Below, in pieces: positions 1-8,097 of a DNA stretch of 20,810 bases; the first letter of the stretch is position 1; every line of letters begins with the position of its first letter. The stretch is from Cyanobacteria bacterium J06626_4 (GTDB taxonomy: Bacteria; Cyanobacteriota; Cyanobacteriia; Phormidesmidales; Phormidesmidaceae): the NCBI GenBank assembly GCA_038523235.1, contig JBCBJQ010000103.1:1-20810 (forward strand), given 5' to 3'. The notes beneath the pieces were generated by a model. The model was not told where the DNA came from. It saw only the letters and a list, made by a program, of their open reading frames with translations, and searched no databases. The position numbers were made by a program, and so were the translations under genes.

Positions 1-1
1 T

Positions 2-1003
2 TTTGATCTTGAAGCGCTGAATCAATGGCTACCGCCTCACCTTTATCAGCAATATTTAAGCTTGGTAATGGCAAGAGTTGGAATGACAAGGCGGCGGGCA
101 GAATGTTTTTTGCGTCTATGGCTATATTTATTGTTAAAAAAAAGTGATCAGCAACAATCGCCACTAACGCCGCCGCTAACATCGTTGACTTTTCCTGGCG
201 ACTGGGTGGAGTGTAGCTGTCGTGAAGCTGCCAATATTTTTTATGGTGATCAAGAGCGAGGTAGCGATCGCTCTGCGGGCATGATGCTCGATAAATTGGT
301 TGCCTTGGGTCTTATCCGTAAACAGTTTGACGGTAACTGCACTCAACTTGAACTGTTACCTATACCGGAACTGTTGGATCTTAAAAAAAAGCCGACGAGC
401 GTTCCGGCAGCGACGCCCGATGATTTTGATCCACGTTGTGATGCCATTCCGATCGCTAATCTGCTGTCGAATAATTACAACTGGCTGAGCCGTAATACTG
501 AGGCTGTGCCCTATCGGATTGCTAATATCTTACGAGACTGGGCTGCGCAGTATGGCACGGGAATGCGGGTGTTGCGTCGTTATGATAATCAAAATCCAGT
601 CGGATTCTACGCGCTGTATCCGACGCAACGCGACTCGGAAATCAATTTCTTTGCACCGCCTAGCCGAGGTCTGCACCTGAGCCAAGTCGCTGATGTAGAC
701 CCGTTTAAAGTTGCATTATCCGGTGATCCTCACTGCCGCGCAGTTTTTGCCCGAAGCTTTATGGTGGAGAAACTTTACCAACCCCCGTGTCAAGTGGCCT
801 TTTTGCAAGATGCCCAGGTGACGTTGGCCAAGATGCAGCAAGACTTTCCTAATCTGATGGACATGTATACCCTCATCATTCATCCCAGTTATGCTGAATT
901 AGCGAGATCGCTAGGGTTTCAAAAAACGGGTGCTGATCCGAAGTTACCTATTCAGTGGATGTATCAGGCAGTTGATCGATTTATAGCACTGGATATCCAA
1001 TAG
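2..1003 (+). CDS. Hypothetical protein, 5'-truncated; putative N-terminal winged-helix and C-terminal GNAT-like region
   Basis: Frame 2 is open from base 2 (FDLEALNQWLPPHLYQQYLSLVMARVGMTRRRAE...), so the true start probably lies upstream of the window. SDRSAGMMLDKLVALGLIRKQFDG resembles a wHTH recognition helix and wing. MRVLRR...PVGFYALYP and ELARSLGFQKTG resemble GNAT elements. Confidence 0.8.
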   Translation, partial: FDLEALNQWLPPHLYQQYLSLVMARVGMTRRRAECFLRLWLYLLLKKSDQQQSPLTPPLTSLTFPGDWVECSCREAANIFYGDQERGSDRSAGMMLDKLVALGLIRKQFDGNCTQLELLPIPELLDLKKKPTSVPAATPDDFDPRCDAIPIANLLSNNYNWLSRNTEAVPYRIANILRDWAAQYGTGMRVLRRYDNQNPVGFYALYPTQRDSEINFFAPPSRGLHLSQVADVDPFKVALSGDPHCRAVFARSFMVEKLYQPPCQVAFLQDAQVTLAKMQQDFPNLMDMYTLIIHPSYAELARSLGFQKTGADPKLPIQWMYQAVDRFIALDIQ

Positions 1004-1227
1004 ACGATGACTGTCCTGTGAGCCGGCTGGTGGTGTTGGCAATCACTACGAGATGCTAAGAACAAGCGAATAGCGAGGCTAATTCAAATCTTGTTGCTGG
1101 CTTCAAGGAAACAAGAGGAACTGAAGATACAATGATGGCCAAACGTTGCCTGGGTGTTAAGACGCTTAAAAAGCCCTATATAGTGTTTCATCGGTACCTG
1201 GGCGAGATGGATTCGTAATCTCTGCAG

Positions 1228-1794
1228 ATGGATAGACATTTAGTTAAATTAAGTAAGTTTTTGAGTCTGATCTTGCGCCATAAGCCTCAGACTGTGGGAC
1301 TCCGTCTGGATGAAACAGGTTGGGCTGATGTCAGCGAACTGATAGATTTAGTAAGTCAGCAGGGAATCCATATTTCTAGAGAACTGTTAGAGGAAATTGT
1401 TGGCAATAGTGAAGAGAAATCGTTTATCTTTAATGCCGATAAATCCAAAATTCGCTCTTATCAAGAACAGTCATCAAAAGCTGATCTGGCGCTTATTTCG
1501 GAACAACCCCCGCAGTATTTGTTTTATTGCGCCACAACGCGTTTCCTCGCGACGATGAGATCGCAGGGATTGATGCCAGGCAATCAATCGCACGTTCAGT
1601 TATCGCCGGATGAGCTAGCTGCCATCCAGCGGGGAAAGCGCTATGGCCAGTCAATTGTGCTGACTATTAAAGCGGCAGAGATGTTTCGAGCTGGTCATCC
1701 GTTCTATCGCTCTGAACAGGGTCTGTGGCTGACTGAAACTGTACCGCCTTGGTACATTCAATTTTCTAAGACGCCAACGAATCCTGGAAAGTAA
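1228..1794 (+). CDS. kptA: RNA 2'-phosphotransferase (KptA/Tpt1) family protein with degenerate active-site motifs
   Basis: Family signatures LSKFLSLILRHKP..GL.LD..GWADV..L, KIR, GL.P..HV.LS and M...G..FY.S..G.WLTE.VPP.YI; typical length (188 aa). Several catalytic motifs are altered (see findings). Confidence 0.88.
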   Translation: MDRHLVKLSKFLSLILRHKPQTVGLRLDETGWADVSELIDLVSQQGIHISRELLEEIVGNSEEKSFIFNADKSKIRSYQEQSSKADLALISEQPPQYLFYCATTRFLATMRSQGLMPGNQSHVQLSPDELAAIQRGKRYGQSIVLTIKAAEMFRAGHPFYRSEQGLWLTETVPPWYIQFSKTPTNPGK

Positions 1795-1849
1795 ACTCTT
1801 CGTTTGCTTGCGGAATGATTGTTACTAAACAAAGCCTGGAGGTTAAAGA

Positions 1850-4018
1850 TTAAGGGATTTCTTCGACCTGAGCCTGTAGGCCGACTTGACTGAGTTGGTC
1901 AACCAGTGCCTGAGCTTCTTCGAAAGTAGGATATGCACCCACCTGCATATATTGACGGCCGTTTACTTGGGTTCGAAAGGCGTCTGGTACTCTGGCTCGA
2001 ACTGCATCTTGAATCGTACGATCGCTCCCCGCAACCAAGACTTTAAAGTTCAACCCGAGGGATGAAGCGAGTGAAGGTGGGGGCGGTGGACCTTCGTTAG
2101 GGATGCCAGCTACAGCTCCAGTTGTAAACAGATCTGGCAACTCCCCGCCCGACCCTAAGGGAATGTTGGCACCGGGAACTCGCAACGGAGTGGTGACTGT
2201 TGTCGTCGAGGCCGCGGTGTTGGCAGGTAGTTCCGGCAAATTGCCGTGGGGTTGGATCACGTCTTCGATCTCGTTAGTCGCTGAGACGACCGGTTGAGGT
2301 TCAAGGGGTTTGCCAATCGTCGCCTCAGGTGCAGGAATGATGGGCAGCAAGATCGCTTCGGACTGATCTAGCGTATTTGATGACTGAGAGCCATCTGCCG
2401 CCGCAGGCTCCACCGTCGGTAAGGGGGCAAAGACTTCTGCGGAAGAGGGCTCAGCTGCTGAGGGCGCGATCGATGTCGCCGAAGAGTCATCGGTCGAGAG
2501 GGCCAGTTGTTCCGCTGCGGCAATGGCGGTGCTGATGGGCGCTAGGTTCAAATTTCCAAGGGCTGAACTGACGGGTGATGCTATCGGGAAATCGATATCT
2601 GCCGACGCTAGAGCTAGGGTGGCTGCATCTAGGTCGCTCGTCAGATTGCTGCCTAAGACTGACTCAGCGCTGATGGGCACAGTATCTGGAACGTTAGGAA
2701 CGGTAATCTCTGTTGTCGTTAGCTCAGGTGTGGTAGCGGCCAAGCTATCTCTGTCAGGGGGCGGTGCCAACGCTGGGGGGCCAGTTACTGGGGGGGCAAT
2801 GGCATCAAGGGACGGTAGCGCTGCCTCTGGAGATAAATCTGTCGGGATGGCTGGGATAGACTCTTGAATTGAGGATTCTGTTGCAGTGACCTCAGAGGGA
2901 GGGGTTGTCAGGTTTGCTGTCTCTGGGGTTGGGGCCAAGTCTGACGACCCTGAAACTTGCAGCGACTCTGTCAAATTTGGCATGGGGTCAATTGAAGGAG
3001 AACCGGTCGCTGAAGGCGCGATTTCCTCTACCGATGTTGGCGTTACTGCTGGGGATAGCTCCGTTGAGTCAGCTGGCGTAGAAACCTCAGCGCTCGTGAT
3101 TGTGGGCGGCGACGGTTGCGAAGCGGCTGGCGTTGAGATGACGGGAATATTCTCCCAGAGCGCGTAATCTAAAATGCTGTTGCGCCGATTGCGAGTGATG
3201 TCATTGTTGCTGAGGGTCGGGCGGGCATCAGCGTGTATCACCAACCCCTCTAAATTTTGCGAGATGCGGTTATCTGAGATTTGGGGAGAGGCCTCAGGGG
3301 CTACCACAATGCCAGCTCCCGTATTCTCAAACACGTTGGCTTGCACCTGAGCTGATGAGGGGCCAGCAATGACCAATCCAGCCTGACCATTCTCGGCAAA
3401 ATAGTTGCCTCGAATCACTGGCGCACCGGGACCCGCGAGGTAAATGCCATGGGCACCGTTTTGAAAAAAGGCATTGTCCAAAATGATCGGGTTGCCGGAC
3501 TCAACCCAAAGTCCCGTGCCTTCAGGATGGGGATTTGATACTGTGACGTTTGCCAGCCCGGCATTGTCGGCTCCCAGGATCGCCACATTCCGCAGGCCGC
3601 TAGAGGCACTGTAGTATTGTCCATTGCCTTGAATGGCGACTGCGGCCGTGTTGGGGCCAGCCAATGCCTGAATGGTGACTCGAGGTTGCAAGGCAATGGG
3701 AAATATTTCGCCGCTGTCGGCACTGTAAACACCGCCCGACAACAAAATGAGCGTATTCGCTTCTGCGCTGGCGAGGGCTTGGGTGATGGTCTGGTAGGGA
3801 CGTAGCTGGCTCCCGTCACCTTGTTGATCGTTCCCTGATTGGGCATTGACGTGAATCACGGTGTAGCCAGAGGTCGTCTCGTTAGCTTGAGCGATCGCCT
3901 CAGCCGCAATCGTCGCACTCGTCTCAATCGGTTTCGCCATGACTGAGGCTTGGCCTCCTCCGAGGACGAGTAAACCACTGAGACACAAAATTGCTGAAAG
4001 CTGTTGACGATTGCTCAT
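1850..4018 (-). CDS. DUF1565 / right-handed beta-helix exported protein with a long P/S/T/A-rich linker and SPOR-like C-terminal domain
   Basis: Signal-peptide-like N-terminus. IHVNAQSGNDQQGDGSQLRPYQTITQAL...GVYSADSGEIFPI is a DUF1565-like start. Repeated N.F..N...G beta-helix turns, a low-complexity middle, and C-terminal VPDAFRT.....MQVGAY....A..LV..L...GL.AQVE. Confidence 0.85.
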   Translation of the reverse strand: MSNRQQLSAILCLSGLLVLGGGQASVMAKPIETSATIAAEAIAQANETTSGYTVIHVNAQSGNDQQGDGSQLRPYQTITQALASAEANTLILLSGGVYSADSGEIFPIALQPRVTIQALAGPNTAAVAIQGNGQYYSASSGLRNVAILGADNAGLANVTVSNPHPEGTGLWVESGNPIILDNAFFQNGAHGIYLAGPGAPVIRGNYFAENGQAGLVIAGPSSAQVQANVFENTGAGIVVAPEASPQISDNRISQNLEGLVIHADARPTLSNNDITRNRRNSILDYALWENIPVISTPAASQPSPPTITSAEVSTPADSTELSPAVTPTSVEEIAPSATGSPSIDPMPNLTESLQVSGSSDLAPTPETANLTTPPSEVTATESSIQESIPAIPTDLSPEAALPSLDAIAPPVTGPPALAPPPDRDSLAATTPELTTTEITVPNVPDTVPISAESVLGSNLTSDLDAATLALASADIDFPIASPVSSALGNLNLAPISTAIAAAEQLALSTDDSSATSIAPSAAEPSSAEVFAPLPTVEPAAADGSQSSNTLDQSEAILLPIIPAPEATIGKPLEPQPVVSATNEIEDVIQPHGNLPELPANTAASTTTVTTPLRVPGANIPLGSGGELPDLFTTGAVAGIPNEGPPPPPSLASSLGLNFKVLVAGSDRTIQDAVRARVPDAFRTQVNGRQYMQVGAYPTFEEAQALVDQLSQVGLQAQVEEIP

Positions 4019-4587
4019 CGCTTTAACCCCAACCCTGATGGGAATCCGCTCAATTTAATAGCGCATACTCAAGACTGTAGATCGATGATCTTGACTAAAA
4101 TTAACCTACATCTAGCGTTTTCGCCCATCTTTATACGACTGGTGACGCTGTCTAGGGTGCTGGAAATGGGCGGCGGTGGATCGACTGCACCACTGGAGGA
4201 GTCTTGATGCCAGGTTTGGCGAAGCAGTTCGTTTAGACAAGGTTGAGCTTGTGGGTGAACTCTCTGCCACCCCGTTATCGGTGCTCTGGCGTCGGAACGC
4301 TCGCTGTCTGGCACTCTGTAAACAAGTGTTGCCATTATCGACCCAGTTAGACAAAAGTTGTCGTACTAGCCATGCGGTCAGGGCATTGCCTTCATAATGA
4401 TTGTCAGGTGCTACACCGCGATCGCCTCAACAGCATGATTGGCTGCTGAGTGTTGTGGGTTAAGACCGGCGAGCAATCATCGGTTCATCCATTCGATCTG
4501 TCAGCGGTCAATACCAGTTGCATCGCGGATACTCTAAAGCGACTATCCCTTCACCGGTGGGTTGACTGCGGGAAAAAGTGGAAAAGT

Positions 4588-5601
4588 ATGGGTATCATCA
4601 GAACCAGTAAACCTTTCAGGCGCTTTGTACTTGTGTTCAAAAAATTGGATAAGGTACCAGGCGTGCAGCTACTGAGGTCTCGGCCGGCAGTCCTCATCAT
4701 TCAAACAGCCATGAAATGGCAGCGAGACGACTGTTTGGAAATGGGCGCGGCGCTATCGTACTATGCGCTCTTCTCCTTGTTTCCGACCGTGCTGATTGTG
4801 TTGAGTATTGTGGGTGCTTTCATTGGCCCCGAAAGTGGAGCTGCTGAACAAATTCTGCTGTTTGCTCGTAACAGCCTGCCCCCTGAAGCTTATTCAGTTG
4901 TTGACAATACATTAAGCCAGCTCAATCGCAACAGCCTAGAAGCGGGAATCATCAGTTTCTTGATTTTGTGTTTCACCGCGAGCGGCGTGTTTGGAGCGTT
5001 GACGCGATCGATGAACAAAATTTGGCAAGTTGATCAAGAAAGAAAACATCAAACCGGTATGAAGTCTGCTGCCAAAACCTTCGTGCGCAATCGTTTCTTA
5101 GCGTTCATGTTGGTTTTTAGTACAGCCGCGCTGATTTTTGTGTCCTTGGTGTCCAAAATTCTGATTGATATCGTCATTCAGGTCGTTGAAAACTTAGAAA
5201 ACGCGGTTGGGCTGTTTCAGATCGATGATCTCTTAGTGCTGGAAACCCTGCAAACCAGTACGTCTTATTTAGGCATCTCAGCCATCATCATGCTGTTGTT
5301 TCGGGTTTTACCGCACACACGCATTTATTGGAGTGATGTCTTTTTTGGGGGGTTAGCGACTTCTGGCCTGTTTATGCTGCTGCAGCACGTTGCGAGCAAC
5401 AGCATCATTCGGGTCGGTGAGCAATTTTTATCCTACGGGGCGGTCGGCAGCGTCATGATTTTGCTACTGTGGATCTTTTTGAGCTGCCAGGTCTTTTTTC
5501 TGGGATGTGAACTAACCTACGTTTACACCTACTTATTGGGGAGCCGGAGTGGTGTGACTCCTTATCTCAAAACTTTTGAGGTTGACAAAACAAGACTGTA
5601 G
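4588..5601 (+). CDS. YihY/virulence factor BrkB family inner-membrane protein
   Basis: W.RDDCLEMGAALSYYALFSLFP, ASGVF.AL...MN.IW and YGAVGSVMILLLWIFLS..VFFLGCE motifs; multiple TM segments. Start uncertain (ORF opens at 4450; ATG 4588 chosen). Confidence 0.9.
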   Translation: MGIIRTSKPFRRFVLVFKKLDKVPGVQLLRSRPAVLIIQTAMKWQRDDCLEMGAALSYYALFSLFPTVLIVLSIVGAFIGPESGAAEQILLFARNSLPPEAYSVVDNTLSQLNRNSLEAGIISFLILCFTASGVFGALTRSMNKIWQVDQERKHQTGMKSAAKTFVRNRFLAFMLVFSTAALIFVSLVSKILIDIVIQVVENLENAVGLFQIDDLLVLETLQTSTSYLGISAIIMLLFRVLPHTRIYWSDVFFGGLATSGLFMLLQHVASNSIIRVGEQFLSYGAVGSVMILLLWIFLSCQVFFLGCELTYVYTYLLGSRSGVTPYLKTFEVDKTRL

Positions 5602-6140
5602 TTGCTTGAGGACTGCTTGGTTCCCTTCTAGAAGAGTAGAGAACGGATGTTTGTAACGACTGGGTTCGGCTGGTTGTCGTTGACTTTTGAATTGAGTCGC
5701 GTTCCTGGGCGGCAGGTTTTGCTGCTGATCGGGAGGAAATTCTGTGGTTGGTAAGTAGAAAGCCCTGGTTATCGTAGGGTATGTCATCGCTTGACGTGAC
5801 GCACCAAAACCAACCCTGGCGGTGCGTTGGGCTGTCGCCGCAACACACCCTACAGCAATGTTGATTTATGGCTACCTACCTAAATATCCTCAGATTCAGC
5901 TATTGAAGATCTCAATCTGATAGATTTGAAGTTAACTTAGTGATGAACCGTCGAGTCATGAAAGTCTCGCTACGACTACGCTACAGTGCGCGTCACGTGT
6001 TTGCCGATGCACGAGAGGAATTCTTGCTATCGGTAACTTTCTCGGTTGGTGGTAAATAACCTGAGCTAGACTGATGCGTAGATATTGATGCAGTTCATTC
6101 TGCAGTCCTGAATCAAAGCAATGACAATACCCCTGAGCGT

Positions 6141-6500
6141 ATGACTACACAAACAGCAGCCCAAGAAAAAGGCATTTTGATGTCTGAGACCGCTCTGCAG
6201 CATGTGAAGATGCTCAAAGAGCAACAAGGCGGACAAGAGCTATGCCTGCGGGTCGGCGTTCGTCAGGGCGGTTGCTCAGGCATGTCTTATCTAATGGATT
6301 TTGAAGACCCCACTAATATTGGCGAGCATGACGAAGTCTATGACTACGATGGCTTCAAGGTTGTCTGCGATCGCAAAAGTCTCCTTTATCTCTACGGTCT
6401 GATGTTGGACTACAGCAACGCCCTCATCGGCGGCGGCTTTCAGTTTACGAATCCTAATGCGGCGCAGACGTGCGGTTGTGGTAAATCCTTCGGCACTTAG
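6141..6500 (+). CDS. sufA: A-type Fe-S cluster carrier (HesB/IscA/SufA family, ycf57-like)
   Basis: [15 protein letters not shown] and [16 protein letters not shown] contain the three conserved cysteines. Confidence 0.93.
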   Translation: MTTQTAAQEKGILMSETALQHVKMLKEQQGGQELCLRVGVRQGGCSGMSYLMDFEDPTNIGEHDEVYDYDGFKVVCDRKSLLYLYGLMLDYSNALIGGGFQFTNPNAAQTCGCGKSFGT

Positions 6501-6608
6501 ATGGTTAGTTGAACTAATTGAATAAAAATCCTAATTGCAGCAGGTTTGGGTTCCTTGGAATCTGAACCTGCTGTACGCTTTATGACGGTGGTACGTGGAT
6601 TTACATTA

Positions 6609-7031
6609 ATGACTCAAAGCGCCGAATCGCTGTTTGAACAAGGCATTGAACAATATAAGGCTGGGGCAGAAGCCAGTCAGCTGATTCCCGTATTCAAAGA
6701 AGTTTGTGATCTGGCACCCAAGAGTAGTCCGGCTCTGACCTGCTTGGCCTGGTTGTATCTACTGGAAGAGAAACCTAAATCAGCTTTAAAGGCCGCTCAG
6801 AAGGCGGTTAAGCTAACGCCTCAAGACCCTCAAGGCCGTGTGAACTTGGCTCTGGCTCTGTTAGAGACTGGTAAAAAAGGCGTGCGAGAGCACATTGACG
6901 AGGCCTTACAAGTCATGATGCTGTCGTCAGATTTGAAAGAAGAAGTGCAGAAGAACGTTGAAGAAGGATTAAGCCGTAAGCCAGATTGGGGTAATCTCAA
7001 GAGAATCCACAAATGGCTGTTCGAAAGTTAG
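6609..7031 (+). CDS. Tetratricopeptide-repeat protein
   Basis: TPR-like helices (ALTCLAWLYLL...ALKAAQKAVKLTPQDPQGRVNLALALLE). ATG at 6609 preferred over the upstream TTG, which lies inside a hairpin. Confidence 0.85.
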   Translation: MTQSAESLFEQGIEQYKAGAEASQLIPVFKEVCDLAPKSSPALTCLAWLYLLEEKPKSALKAAQKAVKLTPQDPQGRVNLALALLETGKKGVREHIDEALQVMMLSSDLKEEVQKNVEEGLSRKPDWGNLKRIHKWLFES

Positions 7032-7046
7032 TGCTAGAAAGCATTT

Positions 7047-7073
7047 GAGCCTGATCTTCGGGCTCTTTTTTTT
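7047..7073 (+). terminator. Intrinsic terminator of the sufA-TPR unit
   Basis: GAGCCTGA-TCT-TCGGGCTC stem (one G.U pair) followed by T8, starting 16 nt after the TPR stop. Confidence 0.85.
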
Positions 7074-7275
7074 GACTTTTTTCTGCTGCTTTGTAACGGA
7101 TAATGTACAGGGTTTTGCTGAAAAGAAGGGATATCCTGGGGCTAGTCACAGCCGCCAAAAGGTATACGGTTTAACTGTTTTCGGGTTTTAGGATCGCCCA
7201 GAAAATGACTTTGAGCAGCAGTGGGGATCGCTGGGGATCATATAAATAACTTAACGGTATGCTCATAATTCCAGT

Positions 7276-7313
7276 GATAAGGTTTACTCAATGAACCGAT
7301 AAGGTTTGCTTAA
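7276..7313 (+). promoter_or_regulatory. Direct repeat with 22-bp period; candidate transcription-factor site
   Basis: GATAAGGTTTACTCAA (7276) and GATAAGGTTTGCTTAA (7298), 14/16 identical, just upstream of the RBS of the 64-aa ORF. Confidence 0.5.
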
Positions 7314-7352
7314 GTTTTGTCTTGCCACATTAAATTACGGAGTTAAGATCCC

Positions 7353-7547
7353 ATGGTTGCACGCACTGTGAAAGTTAAACCAGAAACTCGTAATCACAAG
7401 GGCTTTTTCGTTCAAGAGACGGCTTATGAGTTGGTCGGTATTGAGCAGTCCGGTTGGGCTTTGATCTGTATCGATGAGGCCACCTGCCATTATGTTGATC
7501 CCGATAATTTAAAGGGTGGCGAAATTGATCGTGTTGATGTTGATTAG
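7353..7547 (+). CDS. Small hypothetical protein (64 aa), predicted beta-rich SH3-like fold
   Basis: GGAG ~10 nt before the ATG, AT-rich promoter-like upstream region, and globular protein-like composition with alternating beta patterns (VKVK, YELVGIE, WALICI, HYVDPDNL). Confidence 0.72.
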   Translation: MVARTVKVKPETRNHKGFFVQETAYELVGIEQSGWALICIDEATCHYVDPDNLKGGEIDRVDVD

Positions 7548-7580
7548 AATCCTGTAAGCACGGTTTTTATTGGATTTGGC

Positions 7581-7983
7581 GCGATCGCGGCCATCCATAA
7601 AGGATTTGCAGAACGGTTCTAATTTAGCTGCTGAAGTCAGGTTTTTGATGATCTCATGTAGCTGGTTCTCAAATCTTGGATGGCCGCGTTTCGCTAGAAA
7701 TAATATGAGCCTTTTCTATCAACGGTCTTGCCAGGATTTTGTCTTGGTAAGACCGTTGGCTTATGAGGCGAGCTTTTTTGTCGACCGAGTTTTGTCGCAT
7801 TTTGAAAATTGATTATTGAGGGGTGACAACTTCGGCAAGACTGTTCATGCTGATTGCTGCAGCGCTCGGTTTTCATTCATTGAGTCAGCTCTTGGCACGG
7901 GCCACGCGTGATGTGTTTGAGCCGCTGTCGCATGGGGAAACTGTTTGAAAGTCGGCAGATGCTCGGAGCGCGGTGGACTCAAT
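7581..7983 (+). other. Array of long stem-loops; candidate structured RNA or UTR
   Basis: Perfect inverted repeats of 12 bp (7586-7597/7677-7688), 10 bp (7720-7729/7749-7758) and 8 bp (7879-7886/7976-7983), each extended by further pairing, plus an imperfect stem at 7785-7835. Confidence 0.45.
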
Positions 7984-8097
7984 TAATTCTTTGATTCCAA
8001 CGCAGGCTCAGTTGGGGGACTTGTTTCCCCGCCTATGACTAGACCAAAAGCGCTGTAAATTGAAAGGACACCCAGGAAGACAGGATGAGATCGCTCC

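Noticed and set aside
4004..4397. Four short overlapping ORFs between the DUF1565 gene and yihY
   Set aside because: They overlap each other and lack motifs or RBS support. The region is better explained as a divergent promoter interval.
5533..5787. 84-aa minus-strand ORF (MTYPTITRAFYLP...)
   Set aside because: No clear RBS or recognisable motif, uses rare AGG/ATA codons, and overlaps the yihY 3' end by 69 bp. It cannot be excluded but is unsupported.
5794..5998. 9-bp inverted repeat ACGTGACGC/GCGTCACGT about 190 bp apart, considered as MITE ends
   Set aside because: Short, no target-site duplication, and no second copy in the window.
7570..7876. Short ORFs overlapping the hairpin array
   Set aside because: No RBS and no protein-like features.
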